IMG/VR virus record: IMGVR_UViG_3300037882_001492
Coordinates: 54,191 to 118,190 of that record
Strand: one strand, 5' to 3'
Length of the DNA stretch: 64,000 bases
DNA from: a virus
Positions 48,130 through 58,323 of the stretch are shown one piece after another. Position 1 is the first letter of the stretch; each line of letters opens with the position of its first letter. The notes below the pieces were generated by a model that saw only the letters and a program-made list of their open reading frames with translations, did not search any database and was not told the DNA's origin. A program made the translations under genes and the position numbers.

Positions 48130-51101
48130 TAGTTTAGACGAATGTTCTTAAAGAACGCTTTTTGAGCATTATAATTCTTTACAACTTCTGAAATATTTAG
48201 TGGTCTGTTATAGAATTTTACACTTCCTACGAAACCATCTAAACCGCTTCTAGGAATCTTTCTATTGACTCCTGAATAAGAATCGCCGCCTAATCCTGGT
48301 AAATGTTGTCCAGCAATTGATCCAGAAGCGTCTAATGCTCCGGTCCAATAAGAATCATTAGTGTTAGATCCCAAAAATCCTAAAGGAGTTAAATTACCAA
48401 CCTTTTGCTCAACAAGGTTATTTCGTTTGATTGTATCAGTAAATCCGCCTCCGATTATCCAAGGGGTGAATATTGGGGTTCCAGGACTAGGATTTGCAAG
48501 TCCTTCGTGTAAACTCTCCGAATAAGGTGTCACATTTCCTTTAACCCCTAAACTGTTAAGATACAAATTATCAGAGTTTGTTGTAGGACTTGGAATTTCT
48601 AATTTATCGCCTGGGTTTGTATTGAAGCAAACTGATAGAGAACTTGTTGCTAGAAGTTCTGAATCTAAATACACAGCGATAGAGTTTTGTTTATAGTCAA
48701 ACTTAAATACAAAGTGGTTTACTTCGCCGCTAACACTTAAAATTGTCTTACCGGAAGGTGTGGCAAATGAGGGAGAAATCTCCATACCTAGCCGCGTCTT
48801 GGTAGCGGTTCTAGGTGCGTTTCCTTGGACTTTTTCAGCCAGGGCGACCGATGGACCCCATTTGCCTGTAGGATCGTTCTGTGAGACAGTCGGCCAGATT
48901 CCGAGCCTCAAATCCGAACTTTGAAAGGTTTCAGATTGGACCGAAGGATTGACCGCAAACCCAACTAACATTCCATGAACTTTAATATAATCTTGTTCTT
49001 TAAAGTTTGAATTTTCATTTATAACTTTTGATGCGGTAATTGGTTGAGTTGAATTTAATACTTTTCCTGCTCCTGTATTTTCATTACCGAAAAGGATTCG
49101 ATAGCGATGAGTGCTTTCCATTCCAGTTAATAAAGTAGGAATGTGAACCCAAGACTCTAAAGTGAAACCGTTTTCATTATAAGTTAAATCTAAAATTGGA
49201 TTTGCACCCATAAATAGTTTACCATCTTTAAAATTATTAGGCAAACGAAGATAACTTCCTTTTTCTAAATTATTGTACCAAGGATCAGGACTTTCAGATA
49301 ACTCTGCATTATATAAAGTTCCTCCCATGTAGGCAAAACCTACACCTGACGGAAACACTTGTGTTAACGATGGAGAAACTAGTTTAGCATTCAAACCTAC
49401 AGAAGTTTTCGCATCATTTGTCATTGCGTATAAAGTTCCATTAGGAGCAGTAATTTGTCCATCGAGGAAATTATACATCGCTATTAAACCGTCCGAAACC
49501 ACATCATCTGTAATAGACTTAATAAATGGAGCTACCGATGAAACATGTGGGCTTCCGCTTGTATGAATAAATGATCCAACGCCATCTTTCGTGATTGAAA
49601 AATCTTGGATAAACAGAGTATTTTGTTTAAGTGATTTGACATACTTCGTCTTAATTGGAAGAACTACATCATTTACATCCCCGGACTGTAGAGAAATTTC
49701 TTTCTGCGATTCAATAGTTGGAATTAAACCAGTACCTTTCAAGAAAGAGAAATCATTAATCGGAATTATCGGTATTATTTCATAAATAACTTTTTCATTA
49801 TTTTGAACAATAAAGGCATAAATTAAATCGTCCGTAACTTGCCATTGCGTTGTAAAGGGTAATTGAGGAATTAATAATTTTTCTATATAATCTTCTGTCC
49901 GAAGTAGAATACTGTTTTCCCCTAATGGAAAATCACTATTAGTTAAAACATACTTTCCAAACAACCCCGCTAACTGTAATTGCTTCTTTCTTTTTCTAAG
50001 CTTAACATCGTAACTCTCAGCAATTGCTGTTACAGAACGATGACTATTTAAGATAAAAGAACTGGATACCGCATAACCAGAGGCAATCAGTTCGTTGATT
50101 TGAGACGAGACAATTCCAATATGTTTGGATTTATCTTGTTCAATATTCTCTAAGACTTTATCAATTTCATACAGTTTTTCAACAGTTGAGTTTGTTTCTA
50201 AGTAGTCTTCTGAAAATACAGTTTTAGAATACTCCTCCAAATCAAACTTATTATAATGAATACCTTTACCTCCTTTGTTTGGAGCCTGTGTGAGCTTCCA
50301 TGAATTAAAGAGTAATGAATCGGCTACAACTTCTGGAATCCCTCCATTACGAGAATCGTAGTATAAGCCAGTTTCGCTTAGAATAAACTTCCCGTCTGTT
50401 GAGATTGGTGGACCGACTAGATTAATCTCAAACAAAAGTTCAATAGTTTCATCTTTCTGACCTTTCTTTTGCGCTTCGTAGGCTTGGAGTGCTGCTTTAT
50501 TTGCTTTGATTGGTCTTACAATCTTGTTAGCAATAAAGTTTTGATGTTCAGTAATAGTGTTTAAATCACTTTCATCAAGTTCTACTGTTTCAAAAATTGA
50601 GTAATTTAATCTAGGTTCTTCTTCGGTTCCTTGCGCTCTCTTTTCTAATGTCGCTGTAATCTTACCAATATCTTCTAAAACCATCATAGCAACTGCCATT
50701 AAAGAACCATGTTCTGTTTGAGCCGAAATCAACTCTGCGGAATTCAATGCAACAGTAGTTCTAAACTCTGGATCATCTAAATTATCACTTAATGCCGATT
50801 CAATCTCTTCTAAAGTCGGCATGACAGTAGGCGGATTTTCAAATATATCTGCTGGATCAATGCCTTTTTCTTTAGCAACAACAAATGCATCTTTTTCTAG
50901 AGCAATAGGACCGTCCGTTAGTTTAGATTGTCCCCCGATCTTTGTTTTTCTAGACAAAAGATCAACTCTCGATTTCAACTCTCTGATTCTAGCATTAACG
51001 CTATTTAATTTTAAAGTAAGTTTATTTGATAGACCTGTCAATGAGGCACTTGAAAGAACCGTTAAAACCGAATCAGAAATAGGAGTATGAGAGTAATTCA
51101 T
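48129..51101 (-). CDS. Virion protein with a C-terminal ConA/LamG-like domain
   Basis: GLIAMYNF, FTLESWVH and GFVGSVKFYNRPLNISEVVKNYNA. Confidence 0.7.
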   Translation of the reverse strand: MNYSHTPISDSVLTVLSSASLTGLSNKLTLKLNSVNARIRELKSRVDLLSRKTKIGGQSKLTDGPIALEKDAFVVAKEKGIDPADIFENPPTVMPTLEEIESALSDNLDDPEFRTTVALNSAELISAQTEHGSLMAVAMMVLEDIGKITATLEKRAQGTEEEPRLNYSIFETVELDESDLNTITEHQNFIANKIVRPIKANKAALQAYEAQKKGQKDETIELLFEINLVGPPISTDGKFILSETGLYYDSRNGGIPEVVADSLLFNSWKLTQAPNKGGKGIHYNKFDLEEYSKTVFSEDYLETNSTVEKLYEIDKVLENIEQDKSKHIGIVSSQINELIASGYAVSSSFILNSHRSVTAIAESYDVKLRKRKKQLQLAGLFGKYVLTNSDFPLGENSILLRTEDYIEKLLIPQLPFTTQWQVTDDLIYAFIVQNNEKVIYEIIPIIPINDFSFLKGTGLIPTIESQKEISLQSGDVNDVVLPIKTKYVKSLKQNTLFIQDFSITKDGVGSFIHTSGSPHVSSVAPFIKSITDDVVSDGLIAMYNFLDGQITAPNGTLYAMTNDAKTSVGLNAKLVSPSLTQVFPSGVGFAYMGGTLYNAELSESPDPWYNNLEKGSYLRLPNNFKDGKLFMGANPILDLTYNENGFTLESWVHIPTLLTGMESTHRYRILFGNENTGAGKVLNSTQPITASKVINENSNFKEQDYIKVHGMLVGFAVNPSVQSETFQSSDLRLGIWPTVSQNDPTGKWGPSVALAEKVQGNAPRTATKTRLGMEISPSFATPSGKTILSVSGEVNHFVFKFDYKQNSIAVYLDSELLATSSLSVCFNTNPGDKLEIPSPTTNSDNLYLNSLGVKGNVTPYSESLHEGLANPSPGTPIFTPWIIGGGFTDTIKRNNLVEQKVGNLTPLGFLGSNTNDSYWTGALDASGSIAGQHLPGLGGDSYSGVNRKIPRSGLDGFVGSVKFYNRPLNISEVVKNYNAQKAFFKNIRLN

Positions 51102-52087
51102 TATAAGATCACCACCGCATTAAAACCATTGATTGATATTGAAGGGATTCTACCAAAGGTTGTGCCATCCACTTGAAACGGCACAACTACTTTATCCCAG
51201 GTAGTAATATTTATATTGAAACCTAGAATATCAACCTTACCAGCTTCATCTAAAGTAATATAAGATTTCTCTGTTCTAATCTTTATCGCCCCCTTTTCTA
51301 AGCATTCTATATTGATTTCTCCACCTCTATTGAATGTTTGAACAGAAACCACATCCCCGGTTTTTAAAGCAATTTTTTCTTTTGAAGAGAGTTCAATTTC
51401 ATTCTTACGACTCTTACTATCCGCATAAATCATAATGCGATTTCCTTGTTCGTCTATTAAACCTAAGCGATTTCCTGTAATATCTTCTAAAACTCCATCT
51501 GGTGATTCGGAAACAGAAGGTTCAATACCTTGAACTGGTTCTGCAATCTGATCTTCTAGAACAATAGTTTTTCCAGAAGCGGTTCTAATTTTAATACCTT
51601 GCTTATGGGTTTCGTCTGTTTGTTTATCTAATAAAGCAATCGAGTGTCCTTTTGGGGACTTCAAAATTACGGCTTGCGGAAGTCCATTTCCTTCATAAAC
51701 TTCTAAAGCATCAGGAATACCGTGGGAAGTAAAACTTTTCTGCGATAGGGCATTCTTTCCACCTACTTCACTTAAAGTATCATTTTTCCTAAGTTCTTCT
51801 TCCGTAAAGTCTTTTGGGTTAATGTTAACAGAAGTGTTCTCTGTTTTCGGATTAAAGATTGCTCCTAAGTAAACCCAATAATAATTATTTGGGTCAGTAT
51901 GAATCTTAGTAATTGCTACAATAGATCCTTTCCCAACCGGACCATAAAGACCTGCACCTGCACCACCAAAGGGAGTCATTGCATAACAAGAAAATGGAGC
52001 GGGTCCATTAATCTCTGTTTGCAGCACTTGAATAATGCCACCAGCGAATAAATCGTCTACTCCGACAACAGTTGCTTCATAAATCAT
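51101..52087 (-). CDS. Baseplate central spike (gp5/gpV-like, no lysozyme domain seen)
   Basis: N-terminal OB-fold pattern (ATVVGVDD...GSIVAI...YLGAI), and LKSPKGH / RTASGKTIVLED repeats. Confidence 0.7.
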   Translation of the reverse strand: MIYEATVVGVDDLFAGGIIQVLQTEINGPAPFSCYAMTPFGGAGAGLYGPVGKGSIVAITKIHTDPNNYYWVYLGAIFNPKTENTSVNINPKDFTEEELRKNDTLSEVGGKNALSQKSFTSHGIPDALEVYEGNGLPQAVILKSPKGHSIALLDKQTDETHKQGIKIRTASGKTIVLEDQIAEPVQGIEPSVSESPDGVLEDITGNRLGLIDEQGNRIMIYADSKSRKNEIELSSKEKIALKTGDVVSVQTFNRGGEINIECLEKGAIKIRTEKSYITLDEAGKVDILGFNINITTWDKVVVPFQVDGTTFGRIPSISINGFNAVVIL

Positions 52088-54708
52088 TATAGTAAAGTTT
52101 TTGTGTCATAATAAGGCATTCTGGTTATATTTAAATTAGTTAAATAACCAGCCGAAGATATAGTATGTGTATAGCCTAAGATTTTATAAATCCCACTCGC
52201 CCAATGTGACTCTCTCGTTCTTGTATCTAAGATTTTTAAGTTAACAGTTCTATGGGATATGTCGAATACGAAGTTAGAAAGTTCAGGAATACCGACAGTT
52301 TCAATTGACATGGAAAAAGGATACTTGTATAACAAAGACGCTAATCTAGCGTTATAGAAGTTAAATTTTCCTTTTATAAAATTATCTAATTTATCTTGTT
52401 TGACGGAATAATGTGAAAGAGTGTTAGATTGTTTTGACACTAACGATCCGTTAATTGCCGTATACCCAAATTTCTTTATAGGGTCTGTGTCTGTAAATAA
52501 ATCCTGAAACACGGGGCTATTGATAACAGAAATATATTGCTGAGCAAAATCGCTGTTAAAAATAACTTTCAATTCTTCCCCATACTTATTCGATCTAACA
52601 TCGGAATAAAAAGTATTGGTATAGTTTATTAATTCAGCATAATTTTCTGTCTCTTTACTTTCTAGAAGTTTACCTGCTTCATATTTGAATTCAAATTGAG
52701 GGGGAGTGTAAGAGGATATAAGACCGTGTGGAATACTGTCTAAAAACAATTTAGTAACTTGTTTAAAGGTTCTTGCTACACCATTATCATTGAATAGTTC
52801 ATATATTGAAGTTAAAGTTTTATTTTCAACCGCTACTCTTGCTTTGGCAAAAAGAAGGTCTTGATTCAATTCAATCTTAGTTATAATATTTCTACTAGAC
52901 TCATAACCAAACTCTAGATTTAAAGTATCTTGAGTGGTCAACTCTTTAAAAGATTGAATTTGATGGTCCGGTGAATTGAATAATGTTGCACCAATGATAG
53001 TTCTCATTCTAGAGCGTGGAGCAATAAAGAGAACTGTTGAACTTTCAGTTACAGAATCAGCAATTGCAGATGACATTCTTTTCTTTTCATCGGAAGACAA
53101 GGCAGCATACGGAACCACAAACATTCCAAGCAAGTGATCTTCCACGCCTTCATAAACTCCCACAAATGCGTTAATGTCTTCAAGGAGAGCAGTTATAGAA
53201 CTCTTAGAACTTTCAAAGGTTGATTTGGAAAAAGAGATTTCAACAAAGATTGAATCAATTATTTCTATTTCTTCGTCGTCTCGCTCTGATACAAAACTGT
53301 TCAACTCTTTGTCTGCTTCAACGACTTGACGGTTTGCTCTATCAACATGCGTAGCTATTGAATTTAAGATTTTTCTAATTTCTATAATCGAATCAGTTAA
53401 AAGAGCCACATATAAAGTTTGTTCGGAATTTAAGTAATACGAATCCGCTAAAGCTTTATTAGGGTGCTTTTCCTCAACTAAAAGTTTGCCATCTTCATAT
53501 GACGGAGTTTTAAAACTTGGTCTAAAATAAACAATTCCAAGCTGTAACATTCTCTCATCAATATTTAATGAACCAGGACTTTGGATTATTCCATCATTAA
53601 CTGTTCCAACAGATACATCGTTTCTTTTTCCAGTATTGTCATATCCTACTTCAAATATTTCACCAGAGATAGGAATATCTAAGCTTGCAATAGGTTTCGT
53701 TGTTATTCTAGCCGCTAACGCATTAACAAAACTTGGGAGATTAGTTAAAATATTAGCAGCGGTTTCTAAAGTAACTCTAGAAACTTCAACTTGTTTTGTT
53801 TTAACCCCATATGAAAATCCAATTCCTAATTCTTCAAAAATAAGTTTATATGCTAATAAATGATGAATCTTCGAAGGAGTCTTAGTTTTTTCAAACGATC
53901 CCCAAATAGGAGGAATTAGATTTTCAGTTATTGAAATTTCACCCAATCCATTTGCGAACTCTCTAGTTCGATATTGACTATCAAGTTCAACCCCTGCTTT
54001 ACTTAGTGCTAGAATAAGATCGTCTTCCGAAGTATTCTCTCCCGCTAATTGTGCGGCAATAGTAACTTGAAGACGATTAAGTAAGTTTGCTACTTCCGAC
54101 GAATTAACTAAATCAACAAACGGATAAGATGTTTCAAACCCTTTTGCCATTTCCCCTATAATCTCAGAAACCAAGTCTGAAATAGGGCGCAATCTATTTT
54201 TACCATCTAAGCAATTAATAATAGTGGTTTTGACAGCCCCCAATCCTTCCGCTGTTTGTAAGTCTTTTCTGCTATTAGTTAAAGCATCAACAAAAGTCAA
54301 AGAAACTTCTCTTTCTCCTGGCGCATTGAAATTATAATTAATCGCAGTTAAATACGCTGGAATGATTCTAGAAAGACCATCGGACTCTTTATTACCATAT
54401 CCCCATCGAATATAATACAGTAGGTCGTTACCACTAATTGAATCACTTGATTTGTCTTGGATGCGACCGTCTTCAAAGATAAGAGAATAATACTTTAAAT
54501 AGGTCTTCTCAAATTTCGAACTTGGATTAATAAGACGAATAACGATTTCATATGTTCCAGAGTCTTGACCATTCAATTCATATTCAAAACCTAAGAATGA
54601 ATTCCGTAAATCAAATGGATCGTTGTAATTAGACAGATTTTCTAAGTCGGAATATTTCTGACTCAAAAATACCTGAACTACGCGACCATCTTTTAGAGCT
54701 TTAACCAT
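52087..54708 (-). CDS. Baseplate hub protein (gp27/gpD-like)
   Basis: IRWGY, SIETVGIP and SGIYKILGYTHTISSAGYLT, positioned before the spike gene. Confidence 0.65.
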   Translation of the reverse strand: MVKALKDGRVVQVFLSQKYSDLENLSNYNDPFDLRNSFLGFEYELNGQDSGTYEIVIRLINPSSKFEKTYLKYYSLIFEDGRIQDKSSDSISGNDLLYYIRWGYGNKESDGLSRIIPAYLTAINYNFNAPGEREVSLTFVDALTNSRKDLQTAEGLGAVKTTIINCLDGKNRLRPISDLVSEIIGEMAKGFETSYPFVDLVNSSEVANLLNRLQVTIAAQLAGENTSEDDLILALSKAGVELDSQYRTREFANGLGEISITENLIPPIWGSFEKTKTPSKIHHLLAYKLIFEELGIGFSYGVKTKQVEVSRVTLETAANILTNLPSFVNALAARITTKPIASLDIPISGEIFEVGYDNTGKRNDVSVGTVNDGIIQSPGSLNIDERMLQLGIVYFRPSFKTPSYEDGKLLVEEKHPNKALADSYYLNSEQTLYVALLTDSIIEIRKILNSIATHVDRANRQVVEADKELNSFVSERDDEEIEIIDSIFVEISFSKSTFESSKSSITALLEDINAFVGVYEGVEDHLLGMFVVPYAALSSDEKKRMSSAIADSVTESSTVLFIAPRSRMRTIIGATLFNSPDHQIQSFKELTTQDTLNLEFGYESSRNIITKIELNQDLLFAKARVAVENKTLTSIYELFNDNGVARTFKQVTKLFLDSIPHGLISSYTPPQFEFKYEAGKLLESKETENYAELINYTNTFYSDVRSNKYGEELKVIFNSDFAQQYISVINSPVFQDLFTDTDPIKKFGYTAINGSLVSKQSNTLSHYSVKQDKLDNFIKGKFNFYNARLASLLYKYPFSMSIETVGIPELSNFVFDISHRTVNLKILDTRTRESHWASGIYKILGYTHTISSAGYLTNLNITRMPYYDTKTLL

Positions 54709-55010
54709 TAACTTAAGACTGGAATTTTTATCTCTTTATCTACTACTAAATCTGAAAAAGGATCAATAATGCCATTAAAAAGAATAATAAGCCACCAATA
54801 TCCTACATCACCGTATGCAGCATAGGAAAGCAAATCAGGTCTGTTTTGAACATCGTGATTTATTAGAGCAATTTTATACGGGATCGTTGGGAAAGTTTCA
54901 ATGAACGAAATATAATCAGGAGAAGAAACAATTGATAAATACTGTTTATCTTTATGTTGATAAATAAATTTCTTAAATTTCTCATACGGTGAATTGTGTT
55001 TAAAGTCCAT
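54708..55010 (-). CDS. Baseplate wedge gp53/LysM-like protein
   Basis: RPDLLSYAAYGDVGYWWLIILFNGIIDP...IKIP. Confidence 0.88.
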   Translation of the reverse strand: MDFKHNSPYEKFKKFIYQHKDKQYLSIVSSPDYISFIETFPTIPYKIALINHDVQNRPDLLSYAAYGDVGYWWLIILFNGIIDPFSDLVVDKEIKIPVLS

Positions 55011-56002
55011 TATCGTTCATAAGTAAAAATATCGTCCCATCCTTTAGGGGAAGATTCGTTACTCGATTCTCCTAACGATTGCCTGAATTCTTCTGCTGTG
55101 ATTTTCAGACGAACAACTCTTGGGTACAAGGTTGTGTTATACCAACCAAGATCACCACGAAACTCCAAATCGTAATCCTTAACTATGCAAGGAACTTTAT
55201 CGTAAAGCGCACCGAACTTTAATTCAAAGGTTGGTGGTGCAAAAACACCATTCTTTTTACCTGATGAAGAAAGAACAGACGAACGAATAATATTAACAAA
55301 ATAATGAGCAAGAGTTTCAAAAGTTCTTATGATTTTAAGTCTTGGCGATTCTGTTAACCAATGTGCAGCAAACCCCCTTAATGCAAATAGGTTTTCTTGT
55401 GCATCTTCACCTAATGGAATTTCTTTATGTGCTGGCATTCTAGGCCCGTCACCAGGAGCCGAATCTGCTAAAACTAAAGTGTTTAAACGAGAACCGTCAT
55501 CTTTCTCTGGACCTTGTAATCTAAACTTATTGTTTGCCCCCGATTTATAGTCAGCGACGATAATCTTTCTTACCTGCTCAACCATTGCTGCCAACTCTAA
55601 TCGTTCGTTAAATGACAGCATTGAATTATAATTATCAAAAAACGATACGATATGTGGAATACTGAAATTGATTTCAATTGTTAGATTCTTAGCGCCAGTA
55701 TTGACATAAGTTCTAAACGGTTCATTTCTAAGAAGAATCTCATATTCTGCGTAATTTGCTTCTCTGGATTCTTTTATTACCGGATCTTCAAAGAATGGGA
55801 CTAAACGAGTTCTTGGAATTAAAGTTCCAGGAGTTGCGTCACCATAAATGAATTTCATATAGCCTCGTTGTTCCAAGGCTTTATCCATTCTAGGTAATGG
55901 GCTATCGCTTAAGAATTCATCATAGACAATATTTTCCTTGCCGCCAAAACCTAAAAAGTTTACAATGGCTTCTGTTCCCTGACGATAAATCGGATTAGGC
56001 AT
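55010..56002 (-). CDS. Tube initiator / baseplate-tube junction protein (gp48/gp54-like)
   Basis: ANYAEYEILLRNEP and PPTFELKFGALYDKVPCIV. Confidence 0.65.
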   Translation of the reverse strand: MPNPIYRQGTEAIVNFLGFGGKENIVYDEFLSDSPLPRMDKALEQRGYMKFIYGDATPGTLIPRTRLVPFFEDPVIKESREANYAEYEILLRNEPFRTYVNTGAKNLTIEINFSIPHIVSFFDNYNSMLSFNERLELAAMVEQVRKIIVADYKSGANNKFRLQGPEKDDGSRLNTLVLADSAPGDGPRMPAHKEIPLGEDAQENLFALRGFAAHWLTESPRLKIIRTFETLAHYFVNIIRSSVLSSSGKKNGVFAPPTFELKFGALYDKVPCIVKDYDLEFRGDLGWYNTTLYPRVVRLKITAEEFRQSLGESSNESSPKGWDDIFTYER

Positions 56003-57591
56003 TAGTTATTTGAATAAAGACTTGGTTTGATTTCTCTTGGAGGCCAAACAATCCCTCCACGATATTCCGTTTGTTTTTGTCCGGCGTTCTTCTTTAAAAC
56101 CATAAAAGAGCTTTTTGTATTATCAGCAATATCTCTAAAAATATCAATAGCGCCAATTTCTGATTGTTGGCGCATATTCTTTATCGTTTCTTCTAAATTT
56201 ATCTCTGGTCCAAATCTGTCCGAAGATAAAATTCCTTCGCTGCCTTTGCTATTTCTGATATTTGTTATGATTTCTTTAGCGCCACGATATGCCATTACCG
56301 TTGGATTTATGTTATAAAGAAACGAAATAATATCCCTAATCAAATTGATCACTTTTCCAATACTTTTTATTTCATCCCATATTCCAGTAAAAATAGGAAT
56401 CATGTGGTCGTTCCAAAAGGCTCTAATATTCTGCCAACCTCTTTCAAACGAACCTTGCATAGATTGAGCTACCGCTAAAAAATTATCCCAAGTAAGATTT
56501 TCCATTAACCAGTTGTGAATTGGTTTTAAATAATCAACAATACTTCTAATCCAACCGCTTATACGATCTGGACTTAAGTATTTGTACAAAATATCACCAA
56601 ACTTCTGAATTCCACTTACAATTTTAGGTTGGTAAGTTGTTAGAAGACTTGCAAGTTTCTGTGCTGCCATAGCAACATAAGGTAGAAACACTTGTACAAT
56701 CTGTCTCATGGATTCATTGATAGTTGCATAGAAATCCATTTGTGGTTTAGTTGCTCTTAATTCAGCATCAAACAACATAACCAATTCGTCTTGTTGAGCA
56801 ACAATCTCTCTAGCGGCAATTAGTTGATCGGCATCGAATCCTAATGCTTTTGACATTACATCATACATTGGGAATCCTTCACGACCTTGGACAAGAGGAT
56901 CTAACATATTGACCATGTTTTTAGACATAGCAACAATTTCCCTAATTCCAGCATCAGGACTTAAAACTCCACCACCAAGGACTTGCGAAGTCTTGAACGA
57001 TTGCAAAGTAGTACCAGCAAAGGTTCCTAGAAGTTTCTGAATTCCTGTATAGAATTGATCGCCTAATGCAGCGCCAGCGATTCTAACATTTCTTAAAAAT
57101 CCTTCCGAACCACCAGTTTTTTGAACTTGCATAACTTTCGAAACCTCAGAGAAAGATTTTTGAAGTTTTAACAAGTTTTGAGAGTTCCTATGCATTTCCT
57201 GAGAAAGTGCCATAGTCTCATCAAGAAGTTTGTTAGCCCCTTTTTCAGAAAGTTTTAAGACCTGAGTGTTAAATGCCATTTGATCTAACCATAATGACGA
57301 TCTAACATTTAATCTTTTTAACAAAGCAATTTGATCTACTTGTGCTTTTGTTAATTTATTTAAACCGGAATCCATTGCTTCGGTAAAGGTTTTAATACCT
57401 TCCGTGAATGTTAATCCTGTATTGTTTAAAATCTCAAATGGCTTTCTACTAAATAGAATTTGCTCTCTTCCGTAAGCAGCAAGATTTCTACCAAGTTCTT
57501 TAATTCCTGTTAAAAGACCATCACTTGCCTCAGTTTGTGCTGTGGTATTGTCGTGTAACGCCTCGATTAAATCTTGGAGATTTCCTTCCAT
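56002..57591 (-). CDS. Putative tape measure protein
   Basis: Helical protein with Trp-spaced amphipathic repeats, located upstream of the tube-initiator, LysM and hub genes. Confidence 0.6.
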   Translation of the reverse strand: MEGNLQDLIEALHDNTTAQTEASDGLLTGIKELGRNLAAYGREQILFSRKPFEILNNTGLTFTEGIKTFTEAMDSGLNKLTKAQVDQIALLKRLNVRSSLWLDQMAFNTQVLKLSEKGANKLLDETMALSQEMHRNSQNLLKLQKSFSEVSKVMQVQKTGGSEGFLRNVRIAGAALGDQFYTGIQKLLGTFAGTTLQSFKTSQVLGGGVLSPDAGIREIVAMSKNMVNMLDPLVQGREGFPMYDVMSKALGFDADQLIAAREIVAQQDELVMLFDAELRATKPQMDFYATINESMRQIVQVFLPYVAMAAQKLASLLTTYQPKIVSGIQKFGDILYKYLSPDRISGWIRSIVDYLKPIHNWLMENLTWDNFLAVAQSMQGSFERGWQNIRAFWNDHMIPIFTGIWDEIKSIGKVINLIRDIISFLYNINPTVMAYRGAKEIITNIRNSKGSEGILSSDRFGPEINLEETIKNMRQQSEIGAIDIFRDIADNTKSSFMVLKKNAGQKQTEYRGGIVWPPREIKPSLYSNN

Positions 57592-58035
57592 TTAAGTCAA
57601 TAACATATAGGCTTCGGGAGAAACTGGTCCTAACTGTAAGATTCTACTTACATGATAAAGTCTATAACTTATATAGAAAAGACCTAATTTCTTCGCTTCC
57701 TCCACAGGAAGATATGGAAGTTTACCATACTTATTAATAAGATAGTTTCTTATTCCAGGTGGCGTTAAAGTTAGATTTATGCCAGCCATATAGGTTCCCC
57801 ACGCTTTTGAAGTAGGGGAAGGTGGGAATCTAAAGAATGGACCGCCGCCGCCTCGACCAACTAATATTACAAAAGGGTGTGGATCTAGTACGGTTTCACC
57901 TTTATAAGTAAATTGGTACAAACAAGTTCCCGTAACTTTTTGAACATCCCTCGGATAAAATCTCTTTCCGAATGAAATTTTTGCTTGTTTTACAATAGAT
58001 AGTTGTTGACGATACCAACCTTCGGATAACTTCAT
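57592..58035 (-). CDS. DNA end protector (gp2-like)
   Basis: GTCLYQFTY..DPHPFVI...AGINL. CTAAATA lies 5 nt upstream. Confidence 0.6.
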   Translation of the reverse strand: MKLSEGWYRQQLSIVKQAKISFGKRFYPRDVQKVTGTCLYQFTYKGETVLDPHPFVILVGRGGGGPFFRFPPSPTSKAWGTYMAGINLTLTPPGIRNYLINKYGKLPYLPVEEAKKLGLFYISYRLYHVSRILQLGPVSPEAYMLLT

Positions 58036-58050
58036 CCGTATATTTAGGAT

Positions 58051-58323
58051 ATGAATTTAGATATTGAAATACTAGAATTTCTTGATGTAATTGAATATGT
58101 CACTTCTTCTCGCTTTAAGGAGAAATACCGACATCAGTACGGTTCTCATTTAATTCAACTGTTTCAACAAAAAATATTGGACGCTTTCCAAAAAAAGCGT
58201 CCAATAGCGTTAAATGACTTAGTAAAATTTTTAACAGTAAAACACAGCTATAAGCCTGAACTTGTTAAAGATTTCCTAAAAGAAGTGGATATTGAAATAC
58301 TTACCCCTTTCGTCTATTTTTAA
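58051..58323 (+). CDS. Hypothetical protein
   Basis: 90 aa ORF divergent from the gp2-like gene. Confidence 0.6.
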   Translation: MNLDIEILEFLDVIEYVTSSRFKEKYRHQYGSHLIQLFQQKILDAFQKKRPIALNDLVKFLTVKHSYKPELVKDFLKEVDIEILTPFVYF

